Virus record (IMG/VR): IMGVR_UViG_3300043775_002839
Span: 1 to 64,000 of that record
DNA from: a virus
Length of the DNA stretch: 64,000 nucleotides
Reading direction: 5' to 3' (one strand)
Part shown: positions 9,706 to 20,459 of the stretch, in pieces
Layout of the letters: each line of letters starts with the position of its first letter
How positions within the stretch are numbered: position 1 is the stretch's first letter
Made by a program: the position numbers and the translations under genes
The notes under the pieces: model-generated
What the model was told of the DNA's origin: nothing
Seen by the model: only the letters and a program-made list of their open reading frames with translations
The model's database searches: none

Positions 9706-12492
9706 ATGGCACAAGTTAATAGAATTTCTTCATTTAAGAGCTTTACTGAGGTTAAAAACCAGGAGGCTACAATGAAACTAAGAGAAACAAACAATGCAAA
9801 AAGACAGGAAACTGTTGGTAAAATTGGAGCAATCCTTGATGAAATGGGATTAACTTCTCTATCTGAACTGGATGAAGAGAAAAAACAAGCACTAATTAAC
9901 AAAATGTTTGGAAACGTTTCAGAAGATGAAGCAGAAGATATTGAAGACGAACTTAATAAATTAGGAGAACCTAAAAAACTAGAAGAGGGAAATGCATTTA
10001 TTTTTGCAGCCAGTAAAGCTAAACAAGATGGAAAATCTGAGTTTGAATTTAATGGTAAAAAATATAAAGTAACCATTAAAAAAGATACAGGTCTTAAAGA
10101 AGGTAATGCGTTTGGAGCTGCTGTTAAAAAAGCCAAAGAAGATGACGAAGATGAATTTGAAATTGACGGTGAAACTTACGAAATTGAAGAGGCTAAAAGA
10201 AGTAAATTTACTGGTAAAACTGCAAATGACCTATATACTCAAATTGGTGGAAAACCTGTAGAAGTTTTTGTTGGAAATGACTGGTACTCAGTTAACCCTG
10301 CAGAATTAAAAGGTGACAAAGGAGATTCTTTCATTGGATACACAAGAGATGGATCTGACCATGAATTCTATCTTAAAGACATTAGTTTTATACAAGAATC
10401 TTTAAATGAAGGTAAGCATGGAATGGCTAAAAAATTACTTAAAGGAATTGTTGATGGAGATTCTTCAGAAGCAGAAGGTATCAAATTATCAAAAGAATTA
10501 GCTGACCATTATTTAAACTGGATTAGCACATCTGCGTTTGGTAAGAAAAATGAAAACTTACCATTGAATATGTTGATAAATGCAAGTTTTAACTGGGGAA
10601 TTGAAAGACAATTAGACCCTAAATTAAAAGGAGAACTTGAAGCACTAAAAGCAAGCCAAAAGAAAAATGAATCTATAGTTAATGAAGCCCGTTCAATTGC
10701 TAAAATTCAATATGACTGGTCTAAACTGACAACTACAATGCAGGCTACCGCTCAAAATTGGAAAGCTGCTGAAGGGTCTGCTAAAGAAATGTTGCTTGGA
10801 AAATTAAAAGAAATGACTGCTCAAAAGAAAGCTCTAGAAGCTGAATTGGATGCGACAATTGCTGATAAAGACAAAGACCTAGAATTAGTAGTTTCTGAAG
10901 CATTCAACCGATTACCAAAAGATGTTATTGGAAATGAATTATACTTAGCATCTAAAAATTTAACCAACTTATTTAATAGTGCAAATGCCGGAAATGATAT
11001 TGACACTGGAGTAGTTGATTCTATCGTTAAACAATTAAACATTGTTAAAAAATCTGTTAAGAAATTTAACAATGCTGAAGAAGTTGCTGGAACTGTTTAT
11101 GAAGGAGAAGTATTATTATTTGATGAAATAGGAACGGAATTAGAAGCTCTTAAAAAGAAAATATCTGGCTTAATGAAAAGCGCAACAGATAAAAAATGGG
11201 TTTCAGCATTAGGTGCTGCTTCATCTGCACTTTCTAACTTAGATAGAAATTTAAGTCAATCAGATTCTAAATTAGGAGCTATTATTACCGAAGCTGATCT
11301 ATATGAAGGTAAAGCAAAAGACCTAAAACCAAATCATAAATACACATCAGACTACGGTGAAGTTACATTCATCAAATTAAATCCTGATGGTAAAACTATG
11401 AAGTTGCATTCAAAAGAAACTGGAGAAATTAAAACAGATATTTCAAATGCATACAATATGGAATTAATTGAATCAGTAGTTAATGAAGCTGAAAAGTTCA
11501 AAAGCACTAAAGATTTCATAGATTTCTTAGAGGAAATCGATGGTATGCCAGAGAATAGAATCAAAAGAATCATGGGTAAAGATTACATCGATACTCCAGG
11601 AGGTTTCAGAGATGAGGCAGATGATTATGATAATGACATCGAAGAGTATACCCTTTCTAACATGGGTAAATCTGATTTTAACGAACTTAAAACATGGTGG
11701 GAAAACAATGTTCAAGAATCTTTAACTGAAGGTCAAGATCCAAGCGCAGAAAAAACAAGTAGAGCTGAACAATTAAAAAAATTAAAAGCCTTTAAAGCTC
11801 GCCAAGAAGAAACAGAAAAACTTAAAAAACTACAAGCAAAAAGAGCTAAAGCCGCTGGATCTGCTAAAGAATCTGTAGTTGCTGAAGGTAAAGATGATTA
11901 TATGGCCAGATCTGGAAGTGCAGATATTAACATAAAGAAAGGTTATAAGCATTTAGTTGAATATGAGCTAGAAGACCTTTATAATAAATTAGGAGCATTA
12001 TCAAAAGAATATAAAATTAAAGGAATTACTGCTACCTTTGAATCAGTAGTTAATGAAGCTGAAGTTAGTTCTGATGATGAATTTAAAGAATACGCAATGA
12101 GCGTTTTGAAAAAAGCATTTGGAGATGACTTTGATGAGGCTAAAGCTGGAGAAGTAGTTGATGGAATTCTTAAAAAATGTGGAGATGATTACGGAGCTGC
12201 TGTTGGAATGCTAACAAGTTCTCTTGGAGAATCAGTAGTTACTGAAGCATTTGATGCAAACTACTGGGAAGATTACCATGAAAAATCTCCAAAAATAACA
12301 TCTGCATCTAAGGTAGCAAATGCTGTTGAAGATTGTGTTTGGGATTGGAATGATAATAATGAAAATGGCAAAGAAAATGAAGTTAGTAAGACTGGAGAAA
12401 AGAAAGTAATGAACTTGGCGCATGACTTTTTTAAAGCAAAAGGATACATCTCATTTGATATTATTGATGCAATGATTGCTCAGGAATCTTAA
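9706..12492 (+). CDS. Putative internal head polyprotein (928 aa) with repeated ES-x-x-[NTA]-E linkers
   Basis: Late-type promoter at 9665; linkers ESLNEG, ESIVNEA, ESVVNEA (x2), ESLTEG, ESVVAEG, ESVVTEA. Confidence 0.6.
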   Translation: MAQVNRISSFKSFTEVKNQEATMKLRETNNAKRQETVGKIGAILDEMGLTSLSELDEEKKQALINKMFGNVSEDEAEDIEDELNKLGEPKKLEEGNAFIFAASKAKQDGKSEFEFNGKKYKVTIKKDTGLKEGNAFGAAVKKAKEDDEDEFEIDGETYEIEEAKRSKFTGKTANDLYTQIGGKPVEVFVGNDWYSVNPAELKGDKGDSFIGYTRDGSDHEFYLKDISFIQESLNEGKHGMAKKLLKGIVDGDSSEAEGIKLSKELADHYLNWISTSAFGKKNENLPLNMLINASFNWGIERQLDPKLKGELEALKASQKKNESIVNEARSIAKIQYDWSKLTTTMQATAQNWKAAEGSAKEMLLGKLKEMTAQKKALEAELDATIADKDKDLELVVSEAFNRLPKDVIGNELYLASKNLTNLFNSANAGNDIDTGVVDSIVKQLNIVKKSVKKFNNAEEVAGTVYEGEVLLFDEIGTELEALKKKISGLMKSATDKKWVSALGAASSALSNLDRNLSQSDSKLGAIITEADLYEGKAKDLKPNHKYTSDYGEVTFIKLNPDGKTMKLHSKETGEIKTDISNAYNMELIESVVNEAEKFKSTKDFIDFLEEIDGMPENRIKRIMGKDYIDTPGGFRDEADDYDNDIEEYTLSNMGKSDFNELKTWWENNVQESLTEGQDPSAEKTSRAEQLKKLKAFKARQEETEKLKKLQAKRAKAAGSAKESVVAEGKDDYMARSGSADINIKKGYKHLVEYELEDLYNKLGALSKEYKIKGITATFESVVNEAEVSSDDEFKEYAMSVLKKAFGDDFDEAKAGEVVDGILKKCGDDYGAAVGMLTSSLGESVVTEAFDANYWEDYHEKSPKITSASKVANAVEDCVWDWNDNNENGKENEVSKTGEKKVMNLAHDFFKAKGYISFDIIDAMIAQES

Positions 12493-12510
12493 AAATAATC
12501 TAAATAAATA

Positions 12511-12542
12511 ATACCTGATGTTTTACCATGTCAGGTATTTTT
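12511..12542 (+). terminator. Rho-independent terminator
   Basis: ATACCTGA...TCAGGTAT followed by a T-run. Confidence 0.6.
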
Positions 12543-12556
12543 ATTATATTTACACT

Positions 12557-12829
12557 ATGAAACACATTAACCTATTTGAAGAGTTCTTAAATGAATCTGA
12601 CTATACAGATGCAAGATCTGATTTGTCAGCTAAATCTCATGATATATTCATAAAAAGAAAAGAACTTAGAGATAAAGTAAATAGTTTGAATCAAAAGGTA
12701 GATGACCCAAAATCTGCAATTCAAGCCCAAATAGCAACTCTTAAGATGTCGCTTCTTGAACTTGATAATCAGAAAATAAAAATAAGCTCAACAATACTTG
12801 ATTTAAACAATAAACTAAGCAATTTATAA
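12557..12829 (+). CDS. Small coiled-coil internal head protein candidate (start revised from 12518 to 12557)
   Basis: Begins MKHINLFEEFLNE, a motif shared with neighbouring genes; the upstream ATG lies inside the terminator. Confidence 0.6.
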   Translation: MKHINLFEEFLNESDYTDARSDLSAKSHDIFIKRKELRDKVNSLNQKVDDPKSAIQAQIATLKMSLLELDNQKIKISSTILDLNNKLSNL

Positions 12830-12830
12830 T

Positions 12831-14120
12831 ATGAAAACAAGAATCCTTAATTTTAACCGGTTCATAACTGAAAAGTATGAAGTTAAATTGAATGAGCAAT
12901 TGCTATTAGAAGGTGGAGCCGCTGGACATATGTCCCATCCATTTGATAATAATGACCTAACATTTGGCGACTTTAAGAATATGATTATTGGTGGACTTCA
13001 AGGAGAATTAAACTTCGAAGAGGAACCTACTGAAAAAACAGACGGTCAAAACGTTTTTGCAACTATTCAAAATGGTGAAGTTAAATTTGCCAGAAATAAA
13101 ACTGAGTTGCAAAACCCTATGAGTCTTAAGGATTTCCAAAATAAATTCGAGGGACATGCAAGTAAATTAGTACAAGATACTTTTCAATTTGCAGCCGCTG
13201 ATTTGGCAACCCTGCTTATAAAGTTACCCGCAAAAACACAAGACGAAGTGTTCCAGAATGGTCTGAACTTCATGAACATGGAGTTGATATATTCTGCTAA
13301 CCCTAATGTAATTCACTACGATGTTGATGTAATTCAATTCCATGGTATCAAGAAGACTGATGGAGCTGGAAATATAGTTGGAGACGACAATAGTGCGGCA
13401 AAAAGTGTTAGTGGAGTACTTAAATCCCTTAATGCTGATGTTGGAAAAACATTCACAATAATTCCTCCACAAGTTATTAAACTACAAAAAGATATAAACT
13501 TTGAAGAGAATCAGACTAAATTCTTAGGAAAACTTGAAGCTCTTAAAAATCGTTATAAATTAACAGATGCTGATGTAGTTGCCCGTTACCATGAAATGTG
13601 GTGGAGAGAGCAAATTGAAGCCTCATTTGGTGACCTACCGCAAAATATCAAAGAGGGTCTATTACTTAGATGGGCCTATGACGATAAGAAAACCTTAAAC
13701 CTTCGTTCATTAGACAAAGAATTGACCAAAGAGCAGGCAGAAGCTGTTAAGAAGTTTGATAAAGAAGACGTTAAAAAGAAATTCAAAGAAAATATTCGAC
13801 CATTCGAAGACCTTTTCTTAGAATTGGGAAGTGTTATCCTAAAGAATGCAAGTAATTTTGTTGCTGCTTCACCAGACAAAGAAATGCAAAGGCTACATAC
13901 TGAAATCCGAACCGAAGCCGACAAGATTAAACTTAATGGAGATGTAACTCAAATTGACAAAGTTGCAAAAGAACTTGACCGATTAGAGAGAATTGGAGGA
14001 ATCCAGTCTATTATACCGACTGAAGGTATTGTATTTTCATACAAAGGACACATGTACAAATTAACAGGAACATTCGCTTCCATAAATGGATTATTAGGTA
14101 TTATTAGGTATGGGAGGTAA
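12831..14120 (+). CDS. Ligase-like nucleotidyltransferase-fold phage protein (DUF6267-like)
   Basis: EGGAAGHMSHPFD, EKTDGQN (KxDG-like motif I), EGIVF...YKLTG near the C-terminus. Confidence 0.55.
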   Translation: MKTRILNFNRFITEKYEVKLNEQLLLEGGAAGHMSHPFDNNDLTFGDFKNMIIGGLQGELNFEEEPTEKTDGQNVFATIQNGEVKFARNKTELQNPMSLKDFQNKFEGHASKLVQDTFQFAAADLATLLIKLPAKTQDEVFQNGLNFMNMELIYSANPNVIHYDVDVIQFHGIKKTDGAGNIVGDDNSAAKSVSGVLKSLNADVGKTFTIIPPQVIKLQKDINFEENQTKFLGKLEALKNRYKLTDADVVARYHEMWWREQIEASFGDLPQNIKEGLLLRWAYDDKKTLNLRSLDKELTKEQAEAVKKFDKEDVKKKFKENIRPFEDLFLELGSVILKNASNFVAASPDKEMQRLHTEIRTEADKIKLNGDVTQIDKVAKELDRLERIGGIQSIIPTEGIVFSYKGHMYKLTGTFASINGLLGIIRYGR

Positions 14121-14931
14121 AAAATACAACTACATTTATAAAACAACCTGCATAATTACAAATAAGTTTTATATTGGAATGCATTCAACCGACAATCTAG
14201 AAGATGGTTACATTGGTTCAGGTAAAAGGTTATGGCATTCAATTAATAAACATGGAAAGGACAATCATGTTTGCCAGATATTGGAATTCTTACCTGATAG
14301 AAAATCATTAGCTGAAAGAGAAAAGGAAATTGTTAACATAGAAATGTTAAACGAGGAACTATGTATGAATATCACAACAGGTGGTGAAGGCGGTTATAAT
14401 TTAAAAGCAGTTGAATCTAATAGACTTAAAAAAGGCAAAACATACGAAGAAATATTTAAAACCCCAGAAATGGCAGAGTATAGAAGACAATTAGCAAAAG
14501 ATAATTACAGTAAATCTATTGAAAGTTATAATTTTAAAAATATAGATAAAAATAAACATTTTGAAATATGTAAAAAAGGAGCAATTGCGCATCAAAATTC
14601 TGAGTATATCCATAGTGAAGAAACTAAATCTAAAATAAAAGATTCTAATAAAAATAGAGATTGGTCAGATAGAAAAACTGAAGATTATAGAAACAACATA
14701 TCAATAAAAACTAAAGAGGCAATGTCCAAATTAGATAATAAATTTCAAGAAAAAGCTTTAGAATCAAGATTAATATATTGGTCTAATAAAAGAATTGAAC
14801 AGATTAATAATATCATTGAACTTCAAAACACGGGTAATACCCCAAAAGAAATAAGAGTTAAATTAAATATGTCATATCATGTTTATAATTCTAGAATAAA
14901 AGAAATAAATACGATAGATAAATCAATATAA
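14110..14931 (+). mobile_element. Free-standing GIY-YIG homing endonuclease (Seg-like)
   Basis: YIYKTT...FYIGMHST...YIGSG; NUMOD3-like HSEETKSKI; overlaps the 3' end of the upstream gene. Confidence 0.85.
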
Positions 14932-14940
14932 TTTAAGATA

Positions 14941-16812
14941 ATGGCATTACAAAAATTAAGAGAGTATTTTAACGAAACCAATAGAGAAACCTTTATTGAA
15001 ATGTTAAAAAATAGGGTGTTAGTAACTGAGAAAGTTTCTGCACCTACATTTCTTGTTAAAAGAAATCTTGATGGATTTGAATATTTTAAATCTTCAAATT
15101 CAGACAAATTAAATCTAGTTGACCGAACTATTATCTCCCTATATGAGATTGCAATCAACTACATGCAAAGTTTGCCAAGTGAAACTAAAAGTCAAATGCC
15201 AATTGATTGGAGATTTGGTTTTGAATACCTTCCGGAAGTTAATGTATCTAAAATTAAATACGGGAAAACTCCAAAAAATAACCTAATCTTGACTCATATC
15301 CAACAACTTGGAGAAGGAGATAGGGTTAAGAAAACTATAAATGACCCAGTTATCCTAAATAAATGGGCAAAAATTCTTGATGTTCAACAGCCAAGCGTAA
15401 TTTTTGATGGCTATTTATCTCAATTACAACGGGATGAATTACTTGAAGTACTTGGAATGAGCGATAGAGAATTTAGCGAATCATTTGACTATTTGCCGGA
15501 AACAAAAGACAAAACTAGTTTTACTAGTAAAATAGTTAAACTTTTTAACAATAGTGCTTTTGAAACTGCCTTAAATTCTGACATTGATGATGAATTTGAT
15601 GGATTAGTTGTTAATTTTATTGATGAAAAATCTATTAAATCTTTTAAATTAGAGGACTTTATCCGAAAAACTGCAGTTGATAACTCTTCAAGTCACATGT
15701 ATCAAATTGCAGTCACTGACTTTTTAGAATTTATAACTCAATTTAAGATCGATGAAGTTCAACTTGAAGACGAAAGAGCCGATTATAGATACCTTGAAAT
15801 AATGTCGATTATATTTAATGAATATGTTGACAAAAACTCTTCAAAATATATTGGAGTTAATTTTGAAAGCGCTGAATTTTCATCAGCAAATTCTTTTAAA
15901 TTAAACTCAAAATATATTACCGATGAAAAAACCTTAAAATATGTTTCTAACGATATTTTAGCGGAACTTTTTAAAATGATTTTAGGTTCTTTTAGAAAGA
16001 AGCGAACAAAAACATCAGACTTAATAGATGAGGACACTATGGAACGTTTAAATGAAATAATTGAAAAAATCAATGAAAAAATATTTGTTGAAAGCACTGA
16101 TGAAAATTCAATCTATGATTATCAAAATTTTATGTTGCGCGATAGGATTAAATCTTCAGTTAACCTGAATGAAGCGCTTAAACTTACTCACGTTGAACAA
16201 GGAAAACAACCAGTAAATATGTTTGTTGGAAGATTTCAGCCATTTACACTGGGACATGCAAAGGTTTTAGAAACTATACATAAAGAGAATGGATTCCCTG
16301 TAGTTGTATTCCTTGTTAAATCAAAAACCAAAAAGAAAGGTGATGAATTTAGCAGACCATACGATGAAAAGACTCAAATCGATATGTTTAAAAACGTCCA
16401 AAAACAATACTCATTCTTAAAAGAAATATTTGTAGTTCCGACTGGAGGTATCGATGTTATGTTTAATGAGATGAGACCTAAATACGAACCAGTACTTTGG
16501 GGAACGGGAAGCGACCGAATGACAAGTTATGGTTATCAAGTTAATAATGATGCGTATAGAGACCAATTAAACTGTAGAGCTGATTTTGGACTTTTTGAAA
16601 TTCCAAGAACTGACGATGATATTTCGGCTACTGCAGTTAGAAATGCCTTATTAGCAGGTGATGAAAAACAATTTAACAATCTAACGCCAAAGGCAGTTCA
16701 TTCGATGTATAAAGAATTAAAATCTAAAATTGAAGATGCTATGGGAGTTGTTGCCGAATCAGTTACAAATGATATTATGACATTCGAACAATTTATTAAT
16801 AAAGATATATAA
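14941..16812 (+). CDS. Two-domain protein with C-terminal HxGH-class nucleotidyltransferase (cytidyltransferase/NMNAT-like)
   Basis: VGRFQPFTLGH and ISATAVRNAL; N-terminal VTEKVS may be a degenerate ligase motif I. Confidence 0.7.
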   Translation: MALQKLREYFNETNRETFIEMLKNRVLVTEKVSAPTFLVKRNLDGFEYFKSSNSDKLNLVDRTIISLYEIAINYMQSLPSETKSQMPIDWRFGFEYLPEVNVSKIKYGKTPKNNLILTHIQQLGEGDRVKKTINDPVILNKWAKILDVQQPSVIFDGYLSQLQRDELLEVLGMSDREFSESFDYLPETKDKTSFTSKIVKLFNNSAFETALNSDIDDEFDGLVVNFIDEKSIKSFKLEDFIRKTAVDNSSSHMYQIAVTDFLEFITQFKIDEVQLEDERADYRYLEIMSIIFNEYVDKNSSKYIGVNFESAEFSSANSFKLNSKYITDEKTLKYVSNDILAELFKMILGSFRKKRTKTSDLIDEDTMERLNEIIEKINEKIFVESTDENSIYDYQNFMLRDRIKSSVNLNEALKLTHVEQGKQPVNMFVGRFQPFTLGHAKVLETIHKENGFPVVVFLVKSKTKKKGDEFSRPYDEKTQIDMFKNVQKQYSFLKEIFVVPTGGIDVMFNEMRPKYEPVLWGTGSDRMTSYGYQVNNDAYRDQLNCRADFGLFEIPRTDDDISATAVRNALLAGDEKQFNNLTPKAVHSMYKELKSKIEDAMGVVAESVTNDIMTFEQFINKDI

Positions 16813-16836
16813 AACATAAATAAATATAAAAATACT

Positions 16837-19044
16837 ATGAATTTTAATCAATTCCTAAACGAAGGTACTTCTTCATATGGTGGACCAGCTGGACTTACTA
16901 AAGATGAGACACTTAAAATAGCTCAAAAATTTGCAGATGCCGCCGCTAGTGTAGACCCTGAAAAGGGAAAATGGAGCGTAAATAAAAGAACCTTAGAGGA
17001 AGATGGTTTTGACTTAGACTACAATAGTGAGGAATTTGACGGTGGTTCATATAACATTTACAAAAATGGTAATGTTGTAAATATGGCTCTTCGTGAAAAT
17101 CCAGTTTTAGGTAAAATTGGAGATGATATTAAAACTATTGCAAAAGGTTTTAAAAAAATGATGGCTAATGAATCTGTTACAAATGAGGCTACCGTTAAAA
17201 AAGGAAGCATTGTAATTCCTTACGCTTCATCTGATGGAGAATTTATAGTTGATAAGGTTTTTAAAAATAAAGATGGAGAAGTTTCTTATACTGGTGAATT
17301 TAAGAAAACTGGTAAGAAAATGGAATACATTTTCCATAAAGATGATAAAATCATTAAAGAATCAACAATTACTGAAGAATATGATGTTAGTGGACTTTCA
17401 AGATCAGAACTTAAAGATGCAATTGACTACTTAGAAGCACACGATATTTCACACGACTATGATGGACGTGAAGATATTCTATATTTTGATATGACAGAAT
17501 TGGACAAAAAAGGCCAAGAACAAATGAAAAAATTGGGCCTTAGTGAATCAACCATTAATGAAAGAAATATCACAATCAAAAGACAATATACTGATAAACG
17601 TCCTGCAGTTACTGTAGGTAAAGCTGCTAAAGTTCGTAATAGAATGTTAGAGGCTATTAAAGATGGTAAAGTTTCACAGGAAGATTTTAATAATATTCTT
17701 AAAGAAATGACCACAGATTCTAAAAGATGGTTGAGAAGAAACGCTCAGTGTTTTAACGTATCTGAAGATGGAATTAGCCTATCAAAAACAGGTTCAAGAA
17801 TTCTTAAAAATGTTATGGTTTCTGAAGCTACTGAAAAGGCACCAAAGATTTGGGTTCCCGGAGGATTTGATAAAGCAATCTCAAAATACCCAAATAGTAA
17901 AATCACAAGAAAAATTGTATTAGATGCAGCACTTAAATGGGATGTAAATCCAGAAGATGCAATCCAATATGTTGAATATGGTTGGATGATTGACTTAGAC
18001 GAAAATAAAAACACAAATGATATGAGCACAAAATTTATTTACGAATCTTTCCAAGAATTCGTTGAAAACAGATTAAATGAAGGTACCCTAAATGAGGCAT
18101 TCAAAAGCGCTAAATTGGCTAACCTTTTTTCAGTAGGAAGTGCAGGTACTAAAGACCTTGCAGGAGCATTCTATACTTTTTCAAAACTAGCACTTGATAA
18201 AATCGAAGATTATGATATTATCGAAATGGATCCTCAAACCGCCCGTAAAGAAAAAAGAGCAAACGCTGTTTATTTTTACGTAGTAACTAACCAAAAGGAG
18301 AATCCATATATCGAAGGTAATATTCCAAATATTTACAACAATGGAATTATCCAATCAAATACCCTATTAGCAATGACTAATGGACAAAATGAATGGTACT
18401 CTACTGGATATAATAGATACTCAAAAACTGAAACTATATCAAAAGCAAGTTCAAGAGAAGATGCTGCTGGATTTGATAAAAGAGACAGTAAAAGATATGA
18501 TGGTTCAGGAATTACCAGTATTACAAAAGTAGCTGAATTAGCCGACATTGCTTACGTTATTGACTTAGATGTTCTTAAAGCAAGATATTCTACAGCAACA
18601 TTAACAACACAAAGAGCTGATGATAAAAGAGGAGCTACTGCTTTCCAAAGTGACAAAGACTTTAAAGCAGAAAACAAATCTAGATATAACCAAATCTTAG
18701 CACAAAAAGCATCTGCAATGCCAATGGACTCAGTGGTTCTAGGAGCTATTGATACTCTATCTACACAAATTAAAGATGCCCTAACCAAAGGTGAAAAAGG
18801 AAAATATGGAGAACTTATTATCGGACTGGACCCTAAAGGTAGAGAAATCAAAATGAACGATGCTGCAAATTTAATGAGAAATATCCTTGATGAGTATAAC
18901 AGATATGTAGGATACGTTGTTGAAACTGAAAAAGAAATTGCATCCGGATATAATGGAAAATGGGCTGAAGGTAGATTAAAAGATAGTTCTAAAACAATCG
19001 TTGATTACGTTAAGAAAGTAGACGCTAAAAATTACGCTTGGTAA
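16837..19044 (+). CDS. Putative internal head polyprotein (735 aa)
   Basis: Starts MNFNQFLNEG; linkers ESVTNEA, ESTITEE, ESTINER, LNEGTLNEA; internal FQEFVE motif; late-type promoter at 16804. Confidence 0.6.
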   Translation: MNFNQFLNEGTSSYGGPAGLTKDETLKIAQKFADAAASVDPEKGKWSVNKRTLEEDGFDLDYNSEEFDGGSYNIYKNGNVVNMALRENPVLGKIGDDIKTIAKGFKKMMANESVTNEATVKKGSIVIPYASSDGEFIVDKVFKNKDGEVSYTGEFKKTGKKMEYIFHKDDKIIKESTITEEYDVSGLSRSELKDAIDYLEAHDISHDYDGREDILYFDMTELDKKGQEQMKKLGLSESTINERNITIKRQYTDKRPAVTVGKAAKVRNRMLEAIKDGKVSQEDFNNILKEMTTDSKRWLRRNAQCFNVSEDGISLSKTGSRILKNVMVSEATEKAPKIWVPGGFDKAISKYPNSKITRKIVLDAALKWDVNPEDAIQYVEYGWMIDLDENKNTNDMSTKFIYESFQEFVENRLNEGTLNEAFKSAKLANLFSVGSAGTKDLAGAFYTFSKLALDKIEDYDIIEMDPQTARKEKRANAVYFYVVTNQKENPYIEGNIPNIYNNGIIQSNTLLAMTNGQNEWYSTGYNRYSKTETISKASSREDAAGFDKRDSKRYDGSGITSITKVAELADIAYVIDLDVLKARYSTATLTTQRADDKRGATAFQSDKDFKAENKSRYNQILAQKASAMPMDSVVLGAIDTLSTQIKDALTKGEKGKYGELIIGLDPKGREIKMNDAANLMRNILDEYNRYVGYVVETEKEIASGYNGKWAEGRLKDSSKTIVDYVKKVDAKNYAW

Positions 19045-19045
19045 G

Positions 19046-19393
19046 ATGAAACATATTAAATTATTCGAACAGTTTGTTAATGAAAAGATAGAATATCCGG
19101 AGGGAGTTAAAACCACGGATGATAAAATACTTGACAAGGTGGCTAAACTATTAAATTCTTCTAAAGGCATAATTGAAATAGGTTCTGGCTCTGTTAGAGG
19201 TAAAAAAGTTCCTTTTCAAACTGGTGAGGCAAACTTTAACATAACAGGACATAGAGAGTATTACGTTCTTCTTTGTAGTAAAGGAGAATTTGAAATTCCT
19301 AGAGAAGATATTAAAAATGCCCAAGAGCTATACGATCAAATTGAAAAGGCTATTCAAATGGGAAAAGTAACAATAGGAAAACAAAGATCATGA
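19046..19393 (+). CDS. Putative internal head protein
   Basis: N-terminus MKHIKLFEQFVNE. Confidence 0.6.
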   Translation: MKHIKLFEQFVNEKIEYPEGVKTTDDKILDKVAKLLNSSKGIIEIGSGSVRGKKVPFQTGEANFNITGHREYYVLLCSKGEFEIPREDIKNAQELYDQIEKAIQMGKVTIGKQRS

Positions 19394-19902
19394 TGAAACA
19401 TATACCTACATTCGAAAGTTTTGTAAATGAATCCCTAAACGAAGGATGGGGATTTGATGACATTAAAGAAATCCATTTTGAAACTGATCCTGATAAACAA
19501 GAAAAACTTAAAAGGGTTTACGGTAAAAAAACTGGAGCAATGTCTTATAAGTCTCAAATCGAGGCCGCTGATTATGCACTAACTAAGTATAGAAAAGACA
19601 TTAAATATGACAATGGTAAGTCAGGTAGCGCAGGTCTTACTGATGTATTTATTCCAAGTTCATCAATGGCCGCATTTTCTACAGCTGGTAATGGACCACA
19701 CTCTAAGCCTAAAAGATGGAACCAAAAGGAATATGACAAATGGATTAAAGATATGGCCGGAGATGGTGGTGCAGACCACGCATATGATATGGCCCAAAAT
19801 GCTAAATTTGAACCAGGTCTTATTGATTGGGTTAAGAAAAATGTAGCTTACGGCGAAAAACCATTAGATAGAATTCAGTGGGATATCGAAGCATACACAT
19901 AA
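19390..19902 (+). CDS. Putative internal head protein
   Basis: N-terminus MMKHIPTFESFVNESLNE. Confidence 0.6.
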   Translation: MMKHIPTFESFVNESLNEGWGFDDIKEIHFETDPDKQEKLKRVYGKKTGAMSYKSQIEAADYALTKYRKDIKYDNGKSGSAGLTDVFIPSSSMAAFSTAGNGPHSKPKRWNQKEYDKWIKDMAGDGGADHAYDMAQNAKFEPGLIDWVKKNVAYGEKPLDRIQWDIEAYT

Positions 19903-19921
19903 TAATATAAATATAAACGAT

Positions 19922-20458
19922 ATGAAACACATAAAACTATACGAGGAATTCGTAAATGAAAAAGCATACAGATTAACTGGACCTTATGCCTCTAAAGGTA
20001 TTATTGGTAAAGTTATGCAGGCATTTAAAAAAGAAATTGAAAGAGTCACTTACGAAGGCGACGCTGCCGATACTTTAGAAGAAGTTAATGGCGCATGGGG
20101 AGATTTCGGTAAAGATGCTAAAAAAATCATTTTAGATGAAATTAAAAAGGCAGTAAAAGACATGAACCAAGTTGTTTATGTTCACGTTCAAGGTTTAAAC
20201 AAAACATGGGAACCAGACACTGTTAACAGATTAAATAGTGATGGAGGTCCATTGCATATTGTAATTCCTGGAGACTTTATAATTAATGTTGGTTTTATGG
20301 ACGATGTTGATGGTAACAAATTTAAGAATAAATTAGGTGGTATGTTAAACACTGCAATTGCAGGTGGAGAAGACATTTACGGTGGATATGATGCCGAAAT
20401 TGGAGAAAATAATGTAGAAATCAGAGGTTCTGAAATCATGCAAATAGACCAAAAATAA
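19922..20458 (+). CDS. Putative internal head protein
   Basis: N-terminus MKHIKLYEEFVNE. Confidence 0.6.
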   Translation: MKHIKLYEEFVNEKAYRLTGPYASKGIIGKVMQAFKKEIERVTYEGDAADTLEEVNGAWGDFGKDAKKIILDEIKKAVKDMNQVVYVHVQGLNKTWEPDTVNRLNSDGGPLHIVIPGDFIINVGFMDDVDGNKFKNKLGGMLNTAIAGGEDIYGGYDAEIGENNVEIRGSEIMQIDQK

Positions 20459-20459
20459 G

